A DNA stretch of 64,000 bases, from assembly GCA_964291675.2 (NCBI GenBank), contig OZ219866.1, positions 1,632,001 through 1,696,000 of the forward strand, read 5' to 3'. Made by a program: the position numbers and the translations under genes. Of this stretch, positions 8,063 to 17,618 are shown in pieces. Each line of letters starts with the position of its first letter. Position 1 is the stretch's first letter. The notes under the pieces are model-generated. The model ran no database searches. It was not told where the DNA came from and saw nothing but the letters and a program-made list of their open reading frames with translations. Source of the DNA: Alphaproteobacteria bacterium. Its GTDB lineage: Bacteria; Pseudomonadota; Alphaproteobacteria; MPNO01.

Positions 8063-9757
8063 ATGAACAAGTACCGCGAGCTCTGCCCGGCGGACGCGCG
8101 CCCCGACCTTCGCTTCGACCTCGCCGGGATGGACTACCCGGCGCGCATGAACGTGGCCGAGATTCTGCTCGAAGGGGCGATGGAGGCCGGCTGGGGCGGG
8201 CGCATCGCCTATTACTACCGCGACGAGGCGATCGACTATCGCGCGCTCCGTGCCCGGGTCCACCGCCATGCGGCGGCGCTCCGCGTGCTCGGCGTGAGGC
8301 CCGGGGACCGGGTCGTGCTGCGCATCGCCGACAGCCCGGCGCTGGTCTACGTGCTGCTGGCGGCGCATGCCATCGGCGCGGTGCCGATCCCGACCTATGT
8401 GCAGCTCCGCGCCGACGACCTCGCCTATCGCCTCGCCGACTCGGGCGCCCGCTTCGCGGTGGCGAGCGCGGCGCTCAAGGACGAGATGGACGCGGCGGTC
8501 GCGGCGACCCCGGGCGTGACCCTGGCGATAGCCGACGGCGATACCGGCGGGACCCTGCCGTCGCTGCCGGCGCTGTTGCCGGAGAGCGGGCCCGCGCCCG
8601 ACTATTTCGACAGCGACGCGGAAGACCTCACCCTGATCGTCTACACCTCGGGCTCGACCGGGCGGCCCAAGGGGGCCTGCCACTGCCACCGCGACCTGAT
8701 CGCCTCGGCCGATTCCTACTGGAAGCATTGCATCGGCCCGACCGCGGACGACGTGATCGGCGGCCCGCCCTCGATTCCGTTCTCGCTGGGCTACGGGCTG
8801 TTCGTGATCTTCCCCGCCCGCTTCGGCTCCGCCGCCGTGCTGGAGCCCGACAAGTCGGTCGAGGCATCGCTCGCCGCGATCGAGCGCCGCGGCGTCACCG
8901 TGTTCGCCGCCGTCGTCTCCTACTACCGGATGATGGCGGCGGGGCTCGACCGCGCCCGGATCGCGAGCCTCCGCCGCGCCATGACCGGCGGCGAGCCGCT
9001 CTCGCCCGAGACCGAGTCGCTGTGGCGCGAGGCCAGCGGGAAGGTGCTGGAGCAGTTCATCGGCACCACCGAGCTGTTCCACTGCTTCGTCACCTCGAGC
9101 GAGCCCGGCCGGCCGGCGCGGTCCGGCACCATGGGCCGCGCCTCGCCGGGCTACGAGGTGGCGGTGCTGGATGCGGACACCCTCGCCCCGGTCGCCGACG
9201 GCGAGCGCGGGCTGCTGGCGGTGCGGGGCTGCACCGGCACCGTCTACTGGCGGAACGAGGAGCGCCAGCGCGCGCTGGTGCGGGATGGCTGGAACGTCTT
9301 TCCCGACGTGGTGACGCGGGATTCGGAGGGCTGGTTCCGCTATGTCGCGCGGCACGACGACATGATCGTCTCGGCCGGCCACAACATCTCCCCGATCGAG
9401 GTCGAGACGGCGCTGCTCGGCCACGCGGCGGTGCTCGACTGCGCCTGCGTGCCGGCGCCGGACCCCGCCGGCCTGCGCGACGCCATCGTCAAGGCCTATG
9501 TCGTCGCCGCGCCCGGCTTCGCGGCGGGCGGCGAGCTGGCCCGGGCGCTGCAGGCGCATGTCAAGGCGACCGCCCCGCCCTACATGTACCCGCGCGCCAT
9601 CGCCTTCCTCGACGCGCTCCCCAAGACCCCCAACGGCAAGGTGCTGCGCTCGGAGCTGCGCGCCCGCGCGGCGTCCTTCGATACGCCCCCTTCGGGGGCT
9701 ACTCAGGATGAGGGTGGGGTTGTGGGGACCGCAAAGCCTTCTCCTCATCCCGGGTAG
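8063..9757 (+). CDS. Aryl-CoA ligase (benzoate/2-aminobenzoate-CoA ligase family)
   Basis: YTSGSTGRPKG, IGTTE, LPKTPNGKVLR adenylation motifs; the last ~28 codons lie in the repeat. Confidence 0.9.
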   Translation: MNKYRELCPADARPDLRFDLAGMDYPARMNVAEILLEGAMEAGWGGRIAYYYRDEAIDYRALRARVHRHAAALRVLGVRPGDRVVLRIADSPALVYVLLAAHAIGAVPIPTYVQLRADDLAYRLADSGARFAVASAALKDEMDAAVAATPGVTLAIADGDTGGTLPSLPALLPESGPAPDYFDSDAEDLTLIVYTSGSTGRPKGACHCHRDLIASADSYWKHCIGPTADDVIGGPPSIPFSLGYGLFVIFPARFGSAAVLEPDKSVEASLAAIERRGVTVFAAVVSYYRMMAAGLDRARIASLRRAMTGGEPLSPETESLWREASGKVLEQFIGTTELFHCFVTSSEPGRPARSGTMGRASPGYEVAVLDADTLAPVADGERGLLAVRGCTGTVYWRNEERQRALVRDGWNVFPDVVTRDSEGWFRYVARHDDMIVSAGHNISPIEVETALLGHAAVLDCACVPAPDPAGLRDAIVKAYVVAAPGFAAGGELARALQAHVKATAPPYMYPRAIAFLDALPKTPNGKVLRSELRARAASFDTPPSGATQDEGGVVGTAKPSPHPG

Positions 9758-9870
9758 GCGCGTCCTTCGATACGCCCGCCTGCGGCGGGCTACTCAGGAC
9801 GAGGGGTTCTCTTGAGGCTGACCAACCTCCCCTCATCCTGAGTAGCCGCGAAGCGGCGTATCGAAGGACG
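9673..9870. repeat. REPIN-like element family A, tandem double copy (copies 3-4)
   Basis: Two GTCCTTCGATACGC..CTACTCAGGA halves and two inverted halves between convergent genes. Confidence 0.88.
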
Positions 9871-11020
9871 CGGCGCAATCGGGCGTCCAGCCGAGCGGCA
9901 CGTGGGTCGCCGTGCGCAGGCGCTGCCGTTCGATCCAGCGGTTCTTGTGGGCGAAGTCGTAGAACCGGGCGCGCAGCCAGGGCGGCCAGCGTCCCGGCCA
10001 GCCATAGATCGTCGAGATGCGCTGGGTGTGCTCGGTGAGCGGGCGTTCGCTGCGCTCCCATTCGGCGAGCCCGGCGGCGATGTCGCGATGCCGGTCGAGA
10101 TGCACCGCGAGCGCGAGTCCGTTCATCATCCCGCAGCCGCCGCCCTGGCCAAGATTGGGGGCCATGGCGTGCGCGGCATCGCCGATCATCGCGACCCGCC
10201 CGCTCGACCAGCGCCTGAGCCGGACGACGACGAACGGGTCCCACCGCCCGCGCCCGCCGATGCGCGGGAACAGAGGGGCGAGATGCGGGAAGGTCCGGGT
10301 CCAGAGGTCGACATCGACGGGGATGCGCTGGGCCTCGCTGTCGGTCACCGGGCAGAGCAATGCGAGATAGACCGCCTCGTCGGAGACCGGGGTGTAGAGC
10401 AGCCGGCGCCTTCCCGACCAGTACTCGATGTAGCTCTGCGTCTCGGGGTCGCGGCGCTCGTCGGCGGTGCGCGGCACCAGGAGGCGGATCGCGCCGTCCG
10501 GCAGCCGCCGGAACGAGCGCATCAGGCCGAGCGAGTGGCGCACCGGCGAGCCCACCCCGTCGGCGCCGATCACCAGATCCGCCGCGAGCCGCCGCCCGTC
10601 GGCGAGCGCCAGCACCCCGTCCGGATCGGCGCCGGCGACCTCGGATCCGGTGACGATCTCGGCGCCGGCCGCGCGAGCCGCCGCCGCCAGCGCGTCGATG
10701 CAGGTCTGGCGGACGATCGAGAACATGCGCATCGGGCCTTCCGCCGGCCATTCGATGCGCGCGATGGTGTTGTTGGCATCGTCGCGCATCTCGCGCGCGC
10801 GGCCAGGGAAGGCGCCACGCGTGGCGGCCTCGTAGGCGCCCACCGCCTCGAACGTCTTGAGCCCGTTCTCGTAGATGTAGATGCCGGCGCCGGCGGTGCG
10901 CAGCCGGTCCGCCGCCTCGTGGACGCGGACGCTCCAGCCGCGCCGGGCGAAGGCCGCCGCGGCGGTCAGCCCGGCGAACCCGGCGCCCGCGATCTCCACA
11001 TGCCGCCGCGCCGCCGCCAT
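9833..11020 (-). CDS. FAD-dependent monooxygenase, MHPCO-like (hydroxypyridine ring-cleaving oxygenase family)
   Basis: EIAGAGFAGL, GAGIYIYENG, GADGVGS.VR, DGAIRLLVPR, GDAAHAMAPNLGQGGG. The pattern recalls 2-methyl-3-hydroxypyridine-5-carboxylate oxygenase (from memory). Confidence 0.8.
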   Translation of the reverse strand: MAAARRHVEIAGAGFAGLTAAAAFARRGWSVRVHEAADRLRTAGAGIYIYENGLKTFEAVGAYEAATRGAFPGRAREMRDDANNTIARIEWPAEGPMRMFSIVRQTCIDALAAAARAAGAEIVTGSEVAGADPDGVLALADGRRLAADLVIGADGVGSPVRHSLGLMRSFRRLPDGAIRLLVPRTADERRDPETQSYIEYWSGRRRLLYTPVSDEAVYLALLCPVTDSEAQRIPVDVDLWTRTFPHLAPLFPRIGGRGRWDPFVVVRLRRWSSGRVAMIGDAAHAMAPNLGQGGGCGMMNGLALAVHLDRHRDIAAGLAEWERSERPLTEHTQRISTIYGWPGRWPPWLRARFYDFAHKNRWIERQRLRTATHVPLGWTPDCAASFDTPLRGYSG

Positions 11021-11032
11021 GGCCGCGCCCGG

Positions 11033-11740
11033 TCAGGCGGCAGGCGCCAGGGTCCGCCGGAAGAAGTCGAGCAGCTTGGCCTGCGCGTCGCGCGACTGCT
11101 CTTCCCGGTAGTTGGGGCCGAGGAAGTTCTGGAACGCGTGCCCGGCGCCGTCATAGGCGTGGAAGACGTGGTCGATTCCGTGCTCGGTCATCGCCGCGCC
11201 GATCTTCGCCACGTCGTCCGGCGAGGGGTTCTCGTCCTCGTTGCCGAAGAAGCCGATGACCGGGCAGCCGATCGCGCCGACGCGCTCGATCGGCGCCGGG
11301 TTGCCCTCGCCCCAGGGTTTGAAGATGTTGCCGCCATAGAAGATGCCGCAGGCGGTGAACGCGCGGTTGGTCGAGGCGCCGATGAACGCCGAGCGCCCGC
11401 CCATGCAGTGCCCGACGATGCCGAGCGCGCCGTCGCGCCGGTCGGCGCGGCCCGAGACATAGTCCGCCGTCGCGTCGATGTCGGCGACGATCTCCCTGTC
11501 GTTCAGCGCGCCCATCGACTGCGTCGTGTCCTCGCCCGCCGGGCGCCGGTGGTAGAACGCGGGCGCCGCGGCGATATAGCCCTCGGCTGCGAGCCCCTCG
11601 ACGAACTTCCGGGTGAAGTCGTCGAGCGCGCCCCGATGATGGGTGACCACCACGCCGGGATGCGGGCCCGGCGTCGCCGGTGCGTCGACATAGACCTCCA
11701 TCGAGCTGCCGCCGACGGTGAGAAATTCGGTATGCGCCAT
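11033..11740 (-). CDS. Dienelactone hydrolase family protein
   Basis: GHCMGG nucleophile elbow, GAGHAF; start MAHTEF after AGGAGG. Confidence 0.9.
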   Translation of the reverse strand: MAHTEFLTVGGSSMEVYVDAPATPGPHPGVVVTHHRGALDDFTRKFVEGLAAEGYIAAAPAFYHRRPAGEDTTQSMGALNDREIVADIDATADYVSGRADRRDGALGIVGHCMGGRSAFIGASTNRAFTACGIFYGGNIFKPWGEGNPAPIERVGAIGCPVIGFFGNEDENPSPDDVAKIGAAMTEHGIDHVFHAYDGAGHAFQNFLGPNYREEQSRDAQAKLLDFFRRTLAPAA

Positions 11741-11750
11741 GCTTCGCCTC

Positions 11751-12764
11751 CTAGGAGATGGCCGCGGCCTGGGTATCGGGTATGTCGGTCTCGTCGTAGC
11801 GGATGTCGCGGAACGCGCCCGAGGCGACCGGGCGGTAGAGCGGCGGCCTGGCCGCGTCGGTGCAGCTCGGCAGGCAGGCGATCTCCGCGTCGTAGTTGGG
11901 CTGGTGGAAGAAGCCGATCGAGATGCGCCGCGCGCTCGGCCCGATCGCGGCCGGCGGGTTGACCACGCGGTGAAAGTTCGAGGTCCAGACGTCGTTGGTC
12001 CAGCGCCGGAACAGATCGCCGACATTGACCACGAACACGTCGGGCCGGGTCTCCACGTCGTACCAGCGCCCGTCGCGGTCCTGCACCTGGAGACCGCCCG
12101 GCTCGTCCTCGCCCATCAATATGGTGAAGGTGCCGAAATCGGTATGCGCGCCGGCGCGGATCTGGCCCTCCGGCGGGGCGACCGGCTGCGGCGGGTAGTG
12201 GTTGATCCGCATGGCGGTAACGTGACGGTCGATCTTGTCCTCGAACCAGCCCTCTTCGAGGTCGAGCGCGAGCGCGGCAAGCCGCATCAGATGGCCGACC
12301 AGCGCCTCCATCGCCGCGTAGTAGGCGCAAGCGGCATGGCGGAAGGCGGCCGGGCGGTCGGGCCAGATATTGGCGATGAAATAGCGCTGCCCCTCCTCGC
12401 CGGTGTAGTAGGGGTCATCCGGCCAGGACTCCCTGCCGAAGTGGTAGAACTCCTTGAGGTCGGGCGGCGCCGCCCGGCCGGCGGCGCGGCCGAGCGCCTC
12501 GCCCTCATAGACCCGGAGCCCCCTCGGCGTGCCGGCCACGGGGTGGACGCATTCGCGCTTCTCCGCATCCGGCAGGGCGAAGTATTCGTGCGAGGTGCGG
12601 CGCAGATCCTGGACGATCCCGGCGTCCACGCCGTGGCCGGAGATCGAGAAGAAGCCGATATCGGCGCAGGCCGCGCCGATCGCCTTGCCGACCCGGCGGC
12701 GCTCCGCTTCGCCGCCGCCGAAATAGGGTTCGATGTCGATCAGCGGCACGCGTGCGCTGCTCAT
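11751..12764 (-). CDS. Isopenicillin N synthase-family 2OG-Fe(II) oxygenase
   Basis: VPLIDI, PDLKE, HTDFG (HxD), FHRVVNP, RISIG (RxS). Confidence 0.92.
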   Translation of the reverse strand: MSSARVPLIDIEPYFGGGEAERRRVGKAIGAACADIGFFSISGHGVDAGIVQDLRRTSHEYFALPDAEKRECVHPVAGTPRGLRVYEGEALGRAAGRAAPPDLKEFYHFGRESWPDDPYYTGEEGQRYFIANIWPDRPAAFRHAACAYYAAMEALVGHLMRLAALALDLEEGWFEDKIDRHVTAMRINHYPPQPVAPPEGQIRAGAHTDFGTFTILMGEDEPGGLQVQDRDGRWYDVETRPDVFVVNVGDLFRRWTNDVWTSNFHRVVNPPAAIGPSARRISIGFFHQPNYDAEIACLPSCTDAARPPLYRPVASGAFRDIRYDETDIPDTQAAAIS

Positions 12765-12913
12765 CGGTCGCTCCTGCTCGCCTCGATTGCCTGTCCGGGC
12801 GCAGGATGCCTCGCGGGCCGGCCCAGGGGAAGACCCCGCTTTACAGCCCCGCTTTACAGCGATGCGGCCGGTCGCGAGACTGCGGCGATCTTCGAACGAT
12901 CGGGAGGGTTGCG

Positions 12914-15235
12914 ATGAAGTTCGGCGTCGGACAGCCGGTTTCGCGCACGGAGGACCCGCGCTTTCTCAAGGGCGAGGGCCGCTATGTCGACGACATCGCC
13001 CTGCCCGGCGAGGTGCACGGATACGTGCTGCGCTCGCCGCACGCGGCTGCCCGCATCCGCTCGCTCGACGTGGAGGACGCGCGCCGCGCGCCCGGCGTCG
13101 TCCTGGTGCTGACCCGGGAAGATGTCGAGGCCGAGGGGGTCGACGGCATCCCGCACTTCATCCCGCCGATGGCGTTCGGCGCCCCGCCGCCCAGATTCAG
13201 CCCGCTGCACCCGGTGCTCGCCGGCGACCGGGTGCGCCATGTCGGCACGCCGGTCGCCTTCGTGGTGGCCGAGACGCTGGACCGGGCGATGGACGCGGCG
13301 GAGACCGTCGCGGTCGATTACGAGATCCTGCCCTCGGTGACCGCGCCGGGGCGGGCGACCGCCGAAGGCGCGCCGGCGGTGTGGGACGAGGCGCCGGACA
13401 ATATCTGGTTCACCGTCGAGCGCGGCGACCGGGCGGCGACCGATGCCGCCTTCGCGCGCGCCGCGCATGTGACGCGGCTCAGCCTCTCGAACAACCGGCT
13501 GAGCTGCAATGCGATGGAGCCGCGGGCGACGATCGTCGAGTACCGGCCCGCCACCGACCACGTGACCATGTACACCGAGAACCAGTCGCCGCACGCCCAG
13601 CGCAGCCATCTCTCGCACGTGTTCCACAAGCCGGAGGGGAATTTCCGGGTGATCAGCCCGGATGTCGGCGGCGGGTTCGGGATGAAGAACGCGGTCTATC
13701 CCGAGGACGCGCTCTGCGTGATCGCCGCAAGACGGCTCGGACGCCCGGTGCGCTGGACCGCCGACCGGACCGAGAGCCTACAGAGCGACGCCCATGCGCG
13801 GGACGCGGTGACCGAGGCCGCGCTGGCGCTCGACGCGGAGGGAAACTTCCTCGCGCTGCGCGCCGAGACCGACCACGCGGTCGGCGCCTATCTCGGCGAG
13901 GCGGGCTGCGTGCCGGTCGGGCTGGGCTCGACCATGTATGCCGGCAACTACGACCTGCCGGCCGCCTGGCTCTCGGTCAACGCGGTGTTCACCAACACCA
14001 ACACGGTGGCGCCCTATCGCGGCGCCGGCCGGCCGGAGGCCTGCTACATCGTCGAGCGGCTGGTCGACCAGGCGGCGGTCGAGCTCGGCATCGACCCGGT
14101 CGAGCTCCGGCGGCGCAACTACATCAAGCCCGCCGACATGCCCTACCAGAACGCGATCATGACGGTCTACGACACCGGCGAGTTCGAGAGGATCGCCGAC
14201 AGCGCGGTGGCGCTCGCCGACCGCGACGGCTTCGCCACCCGAAAGGCGGCATCCGCGGCGGCGGGAAGGCTGCGCGGTCTCGGCGTCACCTATTTCATCG
14301 AGATCGGCGCGCCGTTCAACGACCGCATGCAGCTCTATTTCGACCCGGCGGGCGGGGTCACGATCGCCGCCGGCACGCACAGCCACGGCCAGGGCCACCA
14401 GACGGTCTACGCGCAGATGGTATCGGACTGGCTCGGCGTCGAGTTCGACAGCATCCGCCTGGTGCAGGGCGACACCGACCAGGTGGCCTACGGGCGGGGC
14501 ACCTACGGCTCGCGCTCGGTCACCGTCGGCGGGGCGGCGCTCAAGGACGCGGCCGACCAGGTGATCGCCAAGGCGAAGCGCATGGCCGCCCATCTGATGG
14601 AGGCGGCGGAGGCCGATATCGAGTTCGCGGACGGAAGCTTCACCGTCGCCGGCACCGACAAGTCGATCGGCATCGTCGACATCGCCCGGGCGTCGTTCAT
14701 GCCGGTCGGCTGGCCCGAGGCGTTCGGCATCGGGCTGGAGGCGACCGGCAGCTTCACGCCGACCAACGGCAACTTCCCCAATGGCTGCCACATCTGCGAG
14801 GTCGAGGTGGATCCCGAGACCGGAAGGGTCGAGCTTGTGCGCTACTCGGCGGTCAACGATTCGGGGCTGATCGTCAACCCGCTACTGTTCGAGGGCCAGG
14901 TGCATGGCGGGCTCGCCCAGGGCATCGGCCAGGTGCTGCTCGAGCACGTCGTCTATGACGAGGAGTCGGGCCAGCTCCAGTCCGGCTCCTTCATGGATTA
15001 CTGCATGCCGCGCGCCGACGACCTGCCGTCCTTCGTGCTCGACGATGTCGAGGTCTACTGCGAGACCAACCCGCTCGGGGTCAAGGGCGCGGGCGAGACC
15101 GGAACCGTCGCCGCGCTGCCCGCGGTGATGCACGCCATCCTCGATGCGCTGCGCCCGCTCGGCGTCTCCGACCTCCAGATGCCGGCCACGCCGCAATCCG
15201 TCTGGCAGGCGATCCGCGACGCGCGGGCGGCGTAG
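12914..15235 (+). CDS. Xanthine dehydrogenase-family molybdopterin-binding large subunit (CoxL form II-like)
   Basis: RTEDPRFLKGEGRYVDD, GGGFGMK, PYRGAGRPEA, HGQGHQT, GVKGAGE. Confidence 0.93.
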   Translation: MKFGVGQPVSRTEDPRFLKGEGRYVDDIALPGEVHGYVLRSPHAAARIRSLDVEDARRAPGVVLVLTREDVEAEGVDGIPHFIPPMAFGAPPPRFSPLHPVLAGDRVRHVGTPVAFVVAETLDRAMDAAETVAVDYEILPSVTAPGRATAEGAPAVWDEAPDNIWFTVERGDRAATDAAFARAAHVTRLSLSNNRLSCNAMEPRATIVEYRPATDHVTMYTENQSPHAQRSHLSHVFHKPEGNFRVISPDVGGGFGMKNAVYPEDALCVIAARRLGRPVRWTADRTESLQSDAHARDAVTEAALALDAEGNFLALRAETDHAVGAYLGEAGCVPVGLGSTMYAGNYDLPAAWLSVNAVFTNTNTVAPYRGAGRPEACYIVERLVDQAAVELGIDPVELRRRNYIKPADMPYQNAIMTVYDTGEFERIADSAVALADRDGFATRKAASAAAGRLRGLGVTYFIEIGAPFNDRMQLYFDPAGGVTIAAGTHSHGQGHQTVYAQMVSDWLGVEFDSIRLVQGDTDQVAYGRGTYGSRSVTVGGAALKDAADQVIAKAKRMAAHLMEAAEADIEFADGSFTVAGTDKSIGIVDIARASFMPVGWPEAFGIGLEATGSFTPTNGNFPNGCHICEVEVDPETGRVELVRYSAVNDSGLIVNPLLFEGQVHGGLAQGIGQVLLEHVVYDEESGQLQSGSFMDYCMPRADDLPSFVLDDVEVYCETNPLGVKGAGETGTVAALPAVMHAILDALRPLGVSDLQMPATPQSVWQAIRDARAA

Positions 15236-15244
15236 GGGTGGGCC

Positions 15245-15351
15245 GTCCTTCGATACGCGGCTTCGCCGCTACTCAGGATGAGGCGGGAGGCGCAGGCGCC
15301 GATAAACCACCCCTCATCCCGAGTAGGCGCGAAGCGCCGTATCGAGGGACG
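15245..15351. repeat. REPIN-like element family A, copy 5
   Basis: GTCCTTCGATACGCGGCTTCGCCGCTACTCAGGATGAGG ... CCTCATCCCGAGTAGGCGCGAAGCGCCGTATCGAGGGAC. Confidence 0.88.
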
Positions 15352-15391
15352 CGCCGCGACGGTTCCATCTGACGCGGATACGCTCTAGGAA

Positions 15392-16678
15392 ATGCGCATG
15401 CCAGTCGAACCCCTCCTCCCAGTCGCGCTCGGCAACGGCCGTGTGCATTACGCGCCGGGGATGCGCGCGGGCCCGTGGGTGTTCGCGAGCGGCCACATGG
15501 CGCAGGATTACGGGAACGGCATCGCCGCCTCGGTGCTGCGCGAAGCCGCGCCCAACGCCGCCGGCCCCAGATCCGCCCGCGAGGCGTCGCGCGTGTTCGA
15601 CAATGTCGAGGCGGTGCTCGCCGCCGGCGGGTCCGCGCTCGACCGCGTCGTGCGCACCGACCAGTACTACACCACCGTCGCCATGGTGCCGCCCTACCAG
15701 GCCGAGCGGCGGCGGCGCTTCGGCGCGCTGATCCCGCCCAGCACGTCGATCGTCCAGCACGGGCTGCTGCTGCCGGGCGCCGCGCTCGACCTCCAGGCGA
15801 TCGCAGTCGCCGCCGACGGCCCGCCGGTCGAGCATATCGACCACGATACCCTGAGCGGCCAGCCGAGCTCGGGCTACTCGGCGGCGCTCACGGCGGGGGA
15901 TTTGGTCTTCGTGCCGGGCAACACGGCAACGGCGGTCGCGGGCGAGGAGGCGCGCAACGGTGTCGCCGCCGATGCCCTGATCAGAGAGGGCCAGCTCTGG
16001 GGCGGTGAGCGGCTGAGGCTGGAGGCCGGGTTCATCGTCGAGCGCCGGCTGTTGCCCTCGCTCGACCTCGCGGGGCTCCGCCCCGAGGATGTCGTCAAGG
16101 CGCAGATCTACCTCACCGATCCGGCGGACTGCGCGGTCGTCCAGGACGTCTGGGCGGAGCATTTCGGCGCCGGCGCCGCGCTGTCGGTCGTCCCCTGCGC
16201 GCCGCGCGGGCTGGTGATCGAGGACGGCAAGATCGAGATCAACATCCTCGCCCACCGGGGCGGCGCGGCGGCCAAGACGGTCGTCGAAGCGGGTACGGCG
16301 CCGACCTTTGCCCGCCAGGCGGAGGCGGTCCGCTGCGGCGACCTTCTGTTCCTGTCGGCGCTGATGGCGGCGGATGGGGACGGGAGGCTGGTCGCGCCCG
16401 ATCCGCGCCAGCCCCATTTCTGCGAGCCCGCGGGCGAGGAGGCCGACGCGATATTGGAGACCGCCGCGCGGATCTGCGCAGCGGCCGGCGCGTCGCTGGA
16501 GAACGTCGTGAGGGTCCAGCAGTTCCACACCGACATCGCCGGCTTCTACCCCGTGCACCAGGCCTGGCAGCGCCGCCTTCCGGACCGGCCGATCCCGTTC
16601 TCGGCGATCGAGGTTCCGGGGCCTCTTCCCGTGCCCGGCTGTTCGGTGATGATGGATCTCTGGGTCTACGCACCCTGA
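15392..16678 (+). CDS. Protein with three tandem Rid (YjgF/YER057c/UK114) domains
   Basis: Three ~130-aa repeats: RAGPWVFASG..LAAGGSALDRVVR; TAGDLVFVPG..AGLRPEDVVKAQIYL; RCGDLLFLSA..AGASLENVVRV. Confidence 0.82.
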   Translation: MRMPVEPLLPVALGNGRVHYAPGMRAGPWVFASGHMAQDYGNGIAASVLREAAPNAAGPRSAREASRVFDNVEAVLAAGGSALDRVVRTDQYYTTVAMVPPYQAERRRRFGALIPPSTSIVQHGLLLPGAALDLQAIAVAADGPPVEHIDHDTLSGQPSSGYSAALTAGDLVFVPGNTATAVAGEEARNGVAADALIREGQLWGGERLRLEAGFIVERRLLPSLDLAGLRPEDVVKAQIYLTDPADCAVVQDVWAEHFGAGAALSVVPCAPRGLVIEDGKIEINILAHRGGAAAKTVVEAGTAPTFARQAEAVRCGDLLFLSALMAADGDGRLVAPDPRQPHFCEPAGEEADAILETAARICAAAGASLENVVRVQQFHTDIAGFYPVHQAWQRRLPDRPIPFSAIEVPGPLPVPGCSVMMDLWVYAP

Positions 16679-16696
16679 CAACGAGGGAGGGCGTCG

Positions 16697-17617
16697 ATGC
16701 GCCTCGCCGTACCGGATCTGATCTCGAACTCCTACTTCCCGTCGATCTCCGCGGTCGAGCTCGGCGACTTCGCCGAACAGGGGCTCGACGTGAGCCACGA
16801 GCTGATCTTCCCCGTCGACAAGTGCTACCGGGCGCTGCGCGACGGCGAGGTCGACCTGATCGGCGGCTCGGCGCATGCGGTGCTCTCCGCCTTCCCGCGC
16901 TGGGAGGGGGCGAAGATGCTCTGTTCGCTCTCCCGGGGGATGTACTGGTTCCTCGTCATGCGCGCCGACGAGGGCCATGCGCGCGGCGACCTCGGCGCCG
17001 TCAGGGGGAAGAAGATAGGCGCCGCGCCCTGGGTCGATATCGGCCTCAAGCGGATGCTGCGGGAGGGCGGGATCGACATCGAGCGCGACGGGGTCGACAT
17101 CGCGCCGGTGCCGGGGACGACCGGACCCCGCGTGAGCTTCGGGGTGACGGCGGCCAGGGCGCTGGAGGACGGGCTGCTTGACGGGTTCTGGGCCAACGGC
17201 ATGGGCGCCGAGATCGCGGTCACAAGGGGCGTCGGGACCGTGGTGGCCGACGTGCGCCGGGGCGACGGCCCGAAACCCGCCTTCAACTACACCCAGCCGG
17301 TGCTGGTCGCGACCGAACGACTGGTCGCCGAGCGCCCCGGCGACGCCGCCGCCGCGGTGCGCGCCATCGTCTCCACCCAGCGGAAGCTCAAGCAGGATGT
17401 CGGCCGCGCGACGGCGATCGGCGAGAAGCTGTTCGCGCCGGACGAGGCGAAGCTGATCGCCCGGGTGGTCGAACGCGACCTGCCGTTCTACGACCCGGCG
17501 ATCGCCGAAGGCTTCGTCGACGGCATGATCGCGTTCGCCCGCGACATGGGCATCCTCGACCGCGCCGTTCCCTACGAGAGCGTGGTCGCGACCGAGTTCA
17601 GCGAGCTCTGGGCTTGA
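16697..17617 (+). CDS. NMT1/THI5/SsuA-like binding-protein-fold protein without signal peptide
   Basis: AVELGDFAEQGLDV, ALRDGEVD, VRGKKIG pattern of the class II PBP fold; begins directly with a beta strand. Confidence 0.8.
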   Translation: MRLAVPDLISNSYFPSISAVELGDFAEQGLDVSHELIFPVDKCYRALRDGEVDLIGGSAHAVLSAFPRWEGAKMLCSLSRGMYWFLVMRADEGHARGDLGAVRGKKIGAAPWVDIGLKRMLREGGIDIERDGVDIAPVPGTTGPRVSFGVTAARALEDGLLDGFWANGMGAEIAVTRGVGTVVADVRRGDGPKPAFNYTQPVLVATERLVAERPGDAAAAVRAIVSTQRKLKQDVGRATAIGEKLFAPDEAKLIARVVERDLPFYDPAIAEGFVDGMIAFARDMGILDRAVPYESVVATEFSELWA

Positions 17618-17618
17618 G

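Noticed and set aside
7130-9757. 875-aa extended CoA ligase
   Set aside because: The N-terminal part overlaps the isomerase gene in another frame; the likely start is 8063.
12914-15235. Aerobic CO dehydrogenase CoxL (form I)
   Set aside because: The active-site loop is PYRGAGR, not AYxCSFR, and no coxMS genes are adjacent.
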